A DNA stretch of 64,000 nt from Chiloscyllium plagiosum (lineage: Eukaryota): positions 39,860,579-39,924,578 of the forward strand of contig NC_057718.1 in assembly GCF_004010195.1 (NCBI RefSeq), written 5' to 3'. Below, in pieces: positions 50,896 to 61,921 of the stretch; position 1 is the stretch's first letter; each line of letters begins with the position of its first letter. Both the position numbers and the translations under genes were made by a program. The notes beneath the pieces are model-generated. The model searched no databases. It saw only the letters and a list, made by a program, of their open reading frames with translations, and was not told where the DNA came from.

Positions 50896-52350
50896 ACATA
50901 GAACATAGAACAATACAGCACAGAACAGGCCCTTCGGCCCATGATGTTGTGCCGAACATTTGTCCTAGCTTAAGCACCCATCCATGTACCTATCCAATTG
51001 CCACTTAAAGTTCGCCAATGATTCTGACTCTGCCACTCCCACAGGCAGCGCATTCCATGCCCCCACCACTCATTATTGGCCAGTTAACCTTCATATCTCA
51101 TTTTTCCTCTGCGTATTTCCTTCTTAGTAATCCTCTGTTGCTCTTTAAAAGCTTCCCAGTCCTCAGTTTTCCTAATTATCTTTGCTATGTTCTCCCTTTT
51201 CTCTTTTAACTTTATATGTTTCTTAACTTCCCTCGTCAGCCACGGCCGCCCATGCCTCCTCCTGGGATCTTTCTTCCTTTTAGGAATGAACTGATCCTGC
51301 AACTTCTGCATTATACACAGAAATATCCGCCATTGTTCCTCCACGGTCATCCCTGCTAAGGTATTGCACAATTGAACTTTGGCCAGCTCCTCCCTCATAG
51401 CTCCATAATTCCCTTTATTCAACAGAAATGCTGTCACTTCCGACTGTACCCTCTCCCTCTCAAATTGCAGATAGAAGCTTATTGNNNNNNNNNNNNNNNN
51501 NNNNNNNNNNNNNNNNNNNNNNNNNNNNNNNNNNNNNNNNNNNNNNNNNNNNNNNNNNNNNNNNNNNNNNNNNNNNNNNNNNNNNNNNNNNNNNNNNNNN
51601 NNNNNNNNNNNNNNNNNNNNNNNNNNNNNNNNNNNNNNNNNNNNNNNNNNNNNNNNNNNNNNNNNNNNNNNNNNNNNNNNNNNNNNNNNNNNNNNNNNNN
51701 NNNNNNNNNNNNNNNNNNNNNNNNNNNNNNNNNNNNNNNNNNNNNNNNNNNNNNNNNNNNNNNNNNNNNNNNNNNNNNNNNNNNNNNNNNNNNNNNNNNN
51801 NNNNNNNNNNNNNNNNNNNNNNNNNNNNNNNNNNNNNNNNNNNNNNNNNNNNNNNNNNNNNNNNNNNNNNNNNNNNNNNNNNNNNNNNNNNNNNNNNNNN
51901 NNNNNNNNNNNNNNNNNNNNNNNNNNNNNNNNNNNNNNNNNNNNNNNNNNNNNNNNNNNNNNNNNNNNNNNNNNNNNNNNNNNNNNNNNNNNNNNNNNNN
52001 NNNNNNNNNNNNNNNNNNNNNNNNNNNNNNNACCACCGAAGTAAGATTAACTGGCCTGTAATTCCCGGGGTTATCCCTATTCCTTTTTTTGAACAGGGGC
52101 ACAACATTCGCCCTCTCCAGTCCCCTGGTACCACCCCCGTTGACAGTGAAGATGAAAAGATCATTGCCAACGGTACTGCAATTTCCTCTCTTGCTACCCA
52201 CATAATCCTAGGATATATCCCATCAGGCCCGGGCGACTTGTCTATCCTCAAGTTGTTCAAAATATCCAACACATCTTCCTTCCTAACATGTATCTCCTCT
52301 AGCTTACCAGTCCGTTTCACACTCTCCTCTTCAACAATACGGTTCCTCTC
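50896..52350 (-). mobile_element. Younger CR1 insertion, internally deleted and spanning the assembly gap
   Basis: catagaacatagaacaatacagcacag tail; KSPGPDGIYPRI and ANVVPLFKK..RDNPGNYRPVNLTSV on -. Confidence 0.85.
51485..52030. other. Assembly gap (546 N)
   Basis: Run of n characters. Confidence 1.
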
Positions 52351-52542
52351 TCTCTCTCTATATCACATTTTTAAGCTCTGATCTCCAGCATCTGCAGTCC
52401 TCACTTTCTCCTATCCCATATCCTGACAACTGCTAGGAAGCCTGAATACAACTTCCATCAGGGTTTCTTTCCTTTGTAGTTCCTTAACTCTATCTGCACA
52501 AATTCTATACTTTCCAACTCTATATCACTTTTTGCTATTGAT

Positions 52543-52832
52543 TTAGATTAGATTACTTACAGTGTGGAAACAGGCCCTTCGGCCCAACAAGTCCACACTG
52601 ACCCGCCGAAGCGCAACCCGCCCAGACCCATTCCCCTACATTTACCCCTTCACCTAACACTATGGGCAATTTAGCATGGCCAATTCACCTAACCTGCACA
52701 TTTTTGGACTGTAGGAGGAAACCGGAGCACCCAAAGGAAACCCACGCAGACACGGGGAGAATGTGCAAACTCCACACAATAAGTCGCCTGAGGTGGGAAT
52801 TGAACCCAGATCTCTGGCGCTGTGAGGCAGCA
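52543..52832 (-). mobile_element. HE1-type SINE
   Basis: Reverse complement of 7777-8089 including the (TAATC)n tail; 5' box A truncated. Confidence 0.9.
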
Positions 52833-53212
52833 TTTCTTCTTTAAAAGGCAACCTTGTCCCAGCTGCCCACCTGCATGTCCTTTTGAAAGGATGTGTATCC
52901 TTGGATATTTAGTTCCCAACCCTGATTCCCTTACAGTTATGTCTCTGTGATGACTACAACATTGTACCAACCAACTTTACTCTGTGCTACAAGCTCATTT
53001 ATCTTGTTTCGTATATTGCACACATTTAAGTACACCTTCAGTTCTGCATTGACTGCCCCCTTAAGTGCTGTGCCTGAAGTTAGATTTCATACTCTCTGTC
53101 AAATAACTTGGTCTGAAAACTTTAACAACCTCTGATGAGCCCTCTCCCCTTTACAATTTTCAATAATTTTCCATGCCTGACACACCCCTTCTCCCCCACT
53201 ATTTACTGTCAA

Positions 53213-53499
53213 GCACGGTGGCACAGTGGTTAGCACTGCTGCCTCACAGCACGAGAGACTCAGGTTCAATTCCCGCCTCAGGCAACTGTCTGTGTGGAGT
53301 TTGCACATCCTCCCCGTGTCTGCATGGGTTTCGTCCGGGTGCTCCAGTTTCCTCTCACAGTCCAAAAATATGCAGGTTAGGTGAATTGGCCATGCTAAAT
53401 TACCTGTAGTGTTAGGTATAGGGGAATGGGTCTGGGTGGGTTGCTCTTCGGAGTGTCGGTGTGGCCGAAGGGCCTGTTTCCACACTGTAAGTAATCTAA
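53213..53499 (+). mobile_element. HE1-type SINE
   Basis: GCACGGTGGCACAGTGGTTAGC head, GGTTCAATTCC, gtaagtaatctaa tail. Confidence 0.92.
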
Positions 53500-55829
53500 A
53501 GCTAAACATCAACTGCCTTAGTAATGCAATTTGCCAGGACTCTAGTCTCAGCATGATTCAGTAGAGCCTGACCCATTGGAACAGTTCCCATCTCCCCCAG
53601 TACTGGTGCCAAGGTCCCATGGCCTTTTTCTCCCACATCAATCTTTGAACCATATGTTTACTTTTTTAATCTTGTTGGCCCTATACCAATTTTCTCATTG
53701 CTCAGGTAGTAATCCAAAGATTATTACTTTTGTCGATTCTGCTTTTTAAGTTAGTCCCGAACTGCTCACATTCCTCAGCAGAAACTCTTTCCTCTTTCTC
53801 CTATATCACTGGTACCTATGAGAACTATGACAACTACATTTTTCCCCTTCCACTCCAAGTTTGTCTGCAGCCTAGATGAGGTACCCTGAACTTGGGCACC
53901 AGTCAGGCAACACAGCTTTTAGGACTTTTGATCCTGACCACAGAGACCAGTGTCTATTCCGCTGACTATATTATCCCCGATTACAACTATGTTTCTCTTT
54001 CCTCTTCCCAGTACCATGGTGCTGAGGTCAGTTTGCTCATCCTCCCTACAGCCCCCCGCTCTCATCCACACAAGGTGCAAGAATCTCAAACCTGTTAGAC
54101 AAACTCAACAGCAGATGCTCATTCAGCATTACCACCTGGATCCCCCTACCATCTCGCTCTTAGTCACAGCCTCCTGTCCTTGGCCACTAAGTGCATTTGA
54201 GGTAGTTAATCTCAGGAGTGTGACTGCATCCTGAAACACAGCATCCAGGTAACTGTCCCTCTCCCTGATGTGTTGCAGTGTTTGAAGCTCTGACATCAGC
54301 TCATTAAGTCTGAGCTGAAGTTCCTCAAGCAACCACCTCAATAACACACAGGCTCTTGTTCTCCCACGCACTGAATAGAAAGTAGATGCCACTAATTACT
54401 GTTGACAAGGGTACCTGGTACCTTCAACTTGCTCCTCTGGACACCTGGTACCAACATCTCAGGGCACAGGCTATGGGCAGTGGCTGAATGCATCGCATAT
54501 CCATGGGCCTTGATATTGAACACATGTTCACCTCTCCATGCTACCATGTCTCATCTCCAAATTCTACACCATATTGCTGCACATGCAAGCACCCTGGCAA
54601 CTCTTATTGTAATGCTTCTGCTTGGACAGGTACACAGTAAATGGACTGAACCAAAGTATATCTCAGGCCTGCCCACTCCCTCCCTGTTCACTCATCCTGC
54701 CGCTCATGGCATCTCTGCCTTGCCCTGTTTTGCCTTTATTTTTGCGCAGACACTAAACCTAGCAATTTTCACGGTTGTCAGCAATCATCAGTCAACAGCT
54801 GGACATGTTGCTGTACGGTGACTTGCTACAACAATGTTACACGTGCAGCATATGCCCGCAACTGATGCAGCAGATACACTTCATGTTCTTCAAGCAAATA
54901 GTCATGTCCGAGCGGAGTAGTGCTTAGCCCTTCAGTCAGGTTTCCTGGTACATTAAGTCAAGGACTGCCTATGATATTAGTCCAGGAGCTTGGACACAAT
55001 CAGTCAACCATTTTGGGTGGTCAAGGCCAAGACCCTCTCCTCATAGAAGGTAAGACACCGTATGTCGAGCATATCAATGCAAGGTCATCTTAACCTGATG
55101 CAGTGTTTCTTTTTTCAAGGATGTTACCTGACTTGCTGAGTATTTCCAGTGTTTTTTTTTTGTTTTTATTTCTGAAATGACAGACCTTCAATTCAAAATG
55201 GAAAGCAATCAGCTATTTTCACTGAAAATTATGCAATGATATATTCAATTAGACCATTGTAGCATTTCCAGTTAGGCAAGGGAAGAGGCATTAAAGCAAG
55301 TTGGTGCTCTTCAAGTTTTCATGCCAAAAGCATTTATGAATGCAGAGTTGCCTACTTTAAAAGACTTCCAGAAAGTAGTTCATTAGTTTATGAAATATTC
55401 TGCAATTAAAATCTTGAATTTTTTCTTTATTTTAATATTCATGGACCTTACAATGCTTGGAAAAATAATAATCACTGATGAAAATAGTAACAGATTTTAG
55501 GACAGGACAAACTGAACAAATGAAGTGTGAATGGCTGCAATTTGGAAGAAAAAATGATAAGCTGTAACATAAATCAAATGGTACAATTTAACATGAGCAT
55601 TAAGACCTCCTTCACTGTCATTGGGTCAAAATCCCATCCTAAAAGCACCACACATTGGATGCACTATTTAAGAAAGAATATGCTAACATCCCACAAATGC
55701 ATTCCTTGAAAAGTAGTGGAAGCAGATTCAATTGTAGCTTTCAAAAGGAAATATGATTGATCCTCGTAAAAGATTTCTAGAACTATGGAGATAGAGCAGG
55801 GAATTGAAACTCATCTAAAGAGCTAACAT

Positions 55830-56550
55830 GGACATATGAACAAGGAACAAGAGTAGGGCACTCAGCCCTTTCAGCCTGCTCCATCACTCAATAAGATCAT
55901 GGCTAATCTGATTTTAACCTCAACGGTATCCCTGTACAGTATATCCCCAATAATCTTTCATTCCCTTGCCCATCAAGTATCTATCCATTTCTGCCCAGAT
56001 TCTGCATCCACTGCCTTTTGAGGAACAGAATTCCAAAGACTCACAATCCTCTGAGAGTAACAATGTCTCCTGATCTCTGTTTTAAATGGGCACCCCTAAT
56101 TTTCAAACTTTGGTGCCAGTTCTAGATACTTGTAAAAGAGGAAACATCCTTTTATCATCTACCTGCTCAAGTCTCTTCAAGTTTCAATTAAGTCAGCTCT
56201 GACTCTTCTAAGTTCCAGAAAATACATGTCTACCCTGTCCAGCCTTTCCTCATAAGACAATCTGCTCATTCCAAGTATTAGTCTAATAAATATTCTCAAA
56301 ACTGCTTCCAACACATTAATATCCTTCTGTAAGTACAGTGATCAGTATTATATGCAATACTGCAAAATGGTCTCACCAATGCCTTGCATAACTGAAACAT
56401 AACCTCCCTACTGTTACACACAATTCCATTCACAGTAAAACATAATATTCTATTCGCTTTCCTGATTACTTGCTTTACCTGCATACAGCGATTAATGCAC
56501 TAGGACAACTCGATCTCTCTGCACCCTAGAGCTCTGCAACATCTCACTAT
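55830..56550 (-). mobile_element. CR1 3' fragment
   Basis: QVKQVIRKANRILCF...LCKALVRP on -; CR1 3' UTR similarity. Confidence 0.75.
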
Positions 56551-56552
56551 TA

Positions 56553-56875
56553 AGCACAGTGACTCAGTGGTTAGCACTGCTGACTCACAGCACCAGGGAC
56601 TTGGCTTCAATTCAACCCTCACGCGATTATCTGTGTGGTGTTTGCACAGACTCCCCATGTCTGCATAGCTTTCCTCTGGGTGCTCTGGTTTCCTGCCACA
56701 GTCCGTAGATAGGCAGGTTGGGTGGATTGGCTGTGCTAAATTACCCAGGCTTAGCAGGTTAGGTGGATCAGCCATGGGAAATGCAAGGTCACAGGAATGG
56801 GGTAGGTCTGGGTGAGATGATCTTCAGAGGATTGGTGAGCAGAATGGCCTACATCCATATTGTAGGGATTCTATG
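56553..56875 (+). mobile_element. HE1-type SINE, diverged
   Basis: GTGACTCAGTGGTTAGCACTGCTG head, central domain, gtagggattctat tail. Confidence 0.82.
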
Positions 56876-59324
56876 AAATTGCTTTTTTATTCTTTCTGCC
56901 AAAATGAACAGGTTAATAATTTTGCATGATAAAATGGGCCAACTAGCCTCCTTCAGTGCTTTATAATTATATCATGGTTAAATCAAAAGAAGAATTGTTG
57001 AAGCTTAGAAAATAGAACCCTGATATACCCATCATAACATTTATAATTTATAATAATTACAAAAATGATGTATCAGTCAAACAGCAATTGCTTTGCCTGT
57101 TGCATCACTACAATTCAATTGAGGAGGTCCTCACAAGTCTAAACTATAAAGTTTTTTGAACATGACGCTGATTGACAATAAAGCAAGACATTCACTTCTA
57201 CCAGTTCTTAGAGTAGAATTGTCTAGTCCCTTGATTGGCATGAGCAATGACAAGAAATGTGAGAAAACACAGCAAAACTGAAAATCAGAACCTCTAAGTA
57301 AAGAAATAAATATCTGATCTTTCTCTTAAGGTTTAACAGCAAGTGCAGAACCTTGATAATGAGTAGCAACCATCCTTTTACATGCTTTTAATTAATAGCC
57401 CTCTCCTTCCCTGTGAAAATAGACAGTGCCAATTTCCATCATGAAATTCCAAGCAGTAACCTGGCAGCAGAACTCATCGCTTGCTTCTCAGGTCCTTCCT
57501 CCAACTCTGTCTTCATCATAATGCCCCTGCATGCTCCATGACATCGTCCTCCTCCACCCTCGTCCAAGCAGGTCGGCAACAGCAAACTTCCAGTCTCACC
57601 AAATGATCGTGCCTGCTGTCAGTCCAATTCACACATCACTCCAACATTTTTTTTGGAGTCTGGGGACACCCACAACTTGCACGTTCCTGTCAGGTCACTT
57701 TACACACAGAGAAACACATGCACCTCATTCAACTGCACAGGATGCAGGATTAGCTTTTCGGTTCATTTTTCAGTGTTCATTCACTTTGTGCTTGCTTGGA
57801 AGCTGCCAGCCTCTGTGGCTTGCATTACATTTTAGTGCAAAGGAGAGGCAGGCAGCTTGTAATGATGCAGTGCACTGAACAGTCAAGGAGGTGGACATAT
57901 TGCTGTACAGCATAATGCTATGTCAATGTCAGACCGATAGCATATGTCAGCAGCATATGCAGCAAACACACTATATGTGCTTCAAGCAAATAGCACTGTC
58001 TGAAAGTGAAAGGATTCCAGTCCTTAGTGGAGTCAGTCAAGGATTACTGTCACAGTTAATCAAGCAGCTCATCTAATTCCATTCCAAGGTTTGGCCACAA
58101 TCAGTCCTGCACCCAGCCCAGAGATTACAGATAGGTCAACTATTGTGGGCTCTTGGGGCACAGTGGTAATGTTTGTACTTCTGAGCTAGGGGACATGTGT
58201 TCATATATAGAGGTGTGTAATAACATCTCTGAACATGTTGATTAGAAACTATCTAGGTCAATTGTTCTGCTGTGGAGACTTCAGTCCAGCAGGTAGGCCA
58301 ATTCTTGGGAAAAATGGGAAAATTAGGCCCCAAATCTCCAAGAAACCCCTCTATTTTCTTTACAAGTAACATTACAACTCTTTATATTAAAGGTGGAGTA
58401 CTTCAAATCCGGCAACCTTGGGACTGAGACCATAACCATATTTAGGAATTTCCAGATTTCAGGAAAATAATTGGAGCACTTTAATTCAAATTAAAAACAT
58501 CAAAATACACAAAGCCCTGTCTGCCTTATCAAGCCAATCAAATCAGAAATTCCTACTGCCTCGGAAAAAGAATAACTTTTGCTGGGCTTTGTGTTTCCAT
58601 TTGATTGCATTGAGTTTTCTGCAGAATTCTGACACTATAAGTGCAACTGCCATAAAATGTCTCAGAATGTTAAACACAATTTATATTCAGTGCAACATGA
58701 TCTTTCTGTAGCTCCAAGCATTTATTTTAACAACAACACACATGAATACCATGAAATTAACCATGTCCTAGGATGAATTTGTCACCATTATGTGTTTCTA
58801 TTAATTGCATTTGTTTGCAGACTTTGGATATGATTTCAAAATTCATTACCATGACTCAGTAACTCACGGAACTTAACTTGGCAGCTCCACTAACCTTTAT
58901 GAACTGATCAAATGAATAAAGGTTCATTGCGTTGCAAGGAAAAGCAAATGCCATTCTTTGGAGAAGTCTAGTTTTTGCCCATCTGAATCTGAGGTAATCT
59001 ACCTGTACATTACTGTAAAAGCAACATAAACAGAGCTTCTGAATAAAATTATTTTCCTGATGCACATTTGTGAAACATTCAACTTTTCTCCTTGAGAGGT
59101 GTGGGGTTGAGAATAATATTGGATGATGAGACACCTCTTCACTTCCAACAATGGGGAGCTCAAAGTCAAAAATACCACTGTAAGTGCATCATTTCCTACA
59201 CTGACTATCTTTATGATGTATAGGAACATTGCATTTTTACTATGAACCCATGCTGATCAGAAACCTGGTCAGGATGACGCAATACACATAGAAATCCTCT
59301 CAACAATTTCACCAAAAGAGGTAA

Positions 59325-59923
59325 TGTGAGAGGTGCTTGCAAATGTTGTTGTTTTTGCAAAAATCACAAAGCTGAATCATGGGGGAGGGGAGGGGGGGGG
59401 CGCGGTGTTGTATGTTAAGCTAGATATGCTTGCACAAACAACTACAAGTAGCTGCGTCTTGCTTCTACAGAAATCACAAGGAGGAATCATGAGGGTGTAT
59501 ACCAAGAAATAACTAACCGAAAAGGGAGGTGGTCGACTGGTAGAATCAGATGTATTGACATGACAGTTGCAATTGTCACGCACATAGGGAATTAGTTTGA
59601 ACAAGATAACCAAATATGACCCAATGTTTCATCAGCAAAAGTAATAAGACTCAGCTATCAAGGGGGTGGGGGGGTGTGTGGGGGTTTGCACACAGACAGA
59701 TGTGGTAAGACAATTAGATTAGCAGCTGCACAGAGCAATACAACTATCAGATATGAAGTAAAAGGGGAGTACCGAGAGACTCAACTGAATTGCATTAATT
59801 GTAATGGAACCTCCTGATCGGTGTGCCTACTTTGTGGTCACCCGGGCTTGCAAAAGGGTATGAATTTGACTTCAGAATTTGACTCAGACTGAAATTATTG
59901 AACAGTGAGCTTCGTTTCTCACA
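59325..59923 (+). repeat. Putative 5' LTR (599 bp)
   Basis: Ends TCTCACA two bases before the PBS and begins with the inverted TGTGAGA. The left boundary is inferred only from this terminal inverted repeat; no 3' LTR in the window to confirm. Confidence 0.7.
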
Positions 59924-59925
59924 AC

Positions 59926-59943
59926 TGGGGGCTCGTCCAGGAT
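59926..59943 (+). promoter_or_regulatory. Primer-binding site, tRNA-Pro
   Basis: TGGGGGCTCGTCCAGGAT, a 17/18 match to the MLV-type PBS-Pro TGGGGGCTCGTCCGGGAT. Confidence 0.93.
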
Positions 59944-60245
59944 CCTGTCATCACCGGCGGAGTAGGCACTGTCGACGGCTCGGAAGACACGTCCTGTTCC
60001 CTTTTAGAATGGTCCTGTGTTTCTCGACGGTGGGTGCTCCTCCCGGTAGACAGTCCAGAATCCTCAGGGAGTCATTCTGAACGGGAAAAGAGTTCAGTGG
60101 TAATACTTGAACGGTAGGCACAGGGAGATGTTGAGCCAGGCAACTCTGTGCCTGGACCAATGTAAGAAAATTGACTTTTAAGTACTGCCTTGGTGGCTGG
60201 GATTGAGTTCTAGTAGTTAATAAGGGACTAACGAAGGAACTCAAT

Positions 60246-60711
60246 ATGGGCTGTGCCGAGGGTAAAGAAAAAGCCTCCAGGGAAAAAGGAAATGGAAATG
60301 GAGGTGGGGTCACTGACAACATACCTCCAGAAAATCCGTTGGGCAGGATGTTGTGGAATTGGAAAAATAATACTTGTACAAGGGAAAAAGATAGGAAAAA
60401 GATAATTAAATATTGTTGCTTTGTATGGACTAAGGAATCCATTCTTCGTCCCGCCGTCTTCTGGCCAAAGTACGGGTTGGACGAAGACTGGGTTTGTAAA
60501 TATTTGAATTTATATGTCAACAGAAAACAGCCTTTCAGTCAGGAGGAATCAGATTATGTTTCGTGTCGGAAGGGCTAGTAGCTGAGGGGCTACTGAGGGT
60601 ACACTTTGTAACTAAATTATGGCCAGACATCCAGAAAAATATTCAAAAGATGGAGGGGTGGAGTGAGAAGCCTCGAGAGGAGTTGTTGCGGGAAGCTCAG
60701 AAAGTTTTTGA
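60246..60711 (+). pseudogene. gag: ERV gag remnant (matrix fused by deletion to capsid C-terminus)
   Basis: MG start; IPPENPLGRML..W...IIKYCCFVW...FWPKYG..EDWVC (matrix), then in another frame GLLRVHFVTKLWPDIQK...ELLREAQKVF. Confidence 0.85.
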
Positions 60712-61921
60712 GAGATATGGTGTGTGTGTGTGTGTGCGTGCGAGAGAGAGAAAAGAGCTGTACAGCTAGTAGAAAGTTTAACCCTTTGTGATTCGGTTTG
60801 AATGCACATTTGTTTGTTGGTGATTGAATGTTTGTGCTTTGTTCCCTTGAGCTTGAGATCCAGGACTGTTTTGAATCTGATTTCTATTATGGGAATTTAA
60901 CATGATTTCTTTTAAAGCTAAGGATTTTCTAGTGATTATGAAATAAAATATTAACTCCTCTTCTTTTTACAGGTCATGACTGCCTTACTATCAGTTTCTA
61001 AATAATCTCTTTTATCCTTACATAATAGCCAACCTTATTCGATTTCAAATCAGCTTAATACGGAGGAAAACAACATCATAACCTTTTTTTTGTATTTCAG
61101 ACTCATTTGTTTCCACTTAATTTTAAGATTGATGTGTTTCATTGTTGATTTTGATGTGCCAACCATAGCTTTATTCAGAAAGTCCCTTCCCTCAATGACA
61201 GTTGAAGTTTCAGTTAAATCAAAAAAATCCTATGGTTAATATCTGTGACCTTGGGTTCGGCCATTATTCATGCATTAGAAGTTTTTTTTTAACTTGAATA
61301 GATAAATCCTTTTAAGGTAGCTCTGGTTATTTCATGACCTATAGCATTGTAATTGAGCAATGACTGGTCAGGACTACTTAAGAAAACTAATTTTGGATTT
61401 AAATTAAGGGATTAAAACCAGGTAAATGTAGTGGATTTCAAAGTTGGGAACTGTATGCATTTTGCATTTTAAATATTAAATACTGAATAAATGAATTTAT
61501 AATACATAAATATATTTACAAGTAAGATTCCAAAATGTATGGTTAGGAACAGGCTTTAAAGTTAGACAAGCATAAATTGATAAATTGGTTAAATGAGATT
61601 AAAATGAAAATAAAGGCAAAGAGATCAACAGAAGGGAAGAGAATGATGCAATAAGAAGGATAAAGCAGAAGAGTACAGTTTTTAAAATGTTTTAATCACT
61701 TGTTGCGTTTCCACCCTGAGTTACAGATAATGATTATTTTATTTATATAATATATAATTAATAAGTAATATTTATAATAAATCAATTGTACTAGCCTGAA
61801 TCAATATTAATTGGCTGGATTCCTTCACACATTCTCAGTGACCTGTCATATTGATTCATAGCTAATTTAAAACATGACAGCACTAATTCATTGTTAATTA
61901 AAGAATGGAAAGCTACATTAC

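Larger units (their letters stand above)
50737..52410. mobile_element. Family A inverted-pair element (50737-50897 plus 52363-52410) split by a younger CR1
   Basis: Intact minus-strand core at 50802-50829. The right arm resumes at cacatttttaagctctgatctccagcatctgcag; flanking near-duplication ctattccatattct (50723-50736) / ctatcccatatcct (52411-52424). Confidence 0.8.
49317..54350 (-). mobile_element. Long fragmented CR1 LINE hosting nested elements
   Basis: 3' tail cataagaccataa at the left, LLEHCEQFW..LRKD, EN pieces at about 50400-50730 and 52410-53030, ORF1 pieces at 53560-54350. Confidence 0.75.

Noticed and set aside
51372..52381. Long ORFs of 229-317 aa
   Set aside because: Artefacts of the N gap flanked by CR1 sequence.
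58390..58465. Possible Tc1/mariner-type terminal inverted repeat (gtggagtacttcaaatccggcaacc)
   Set aside because: No partner end or TSD found; too weak to call.
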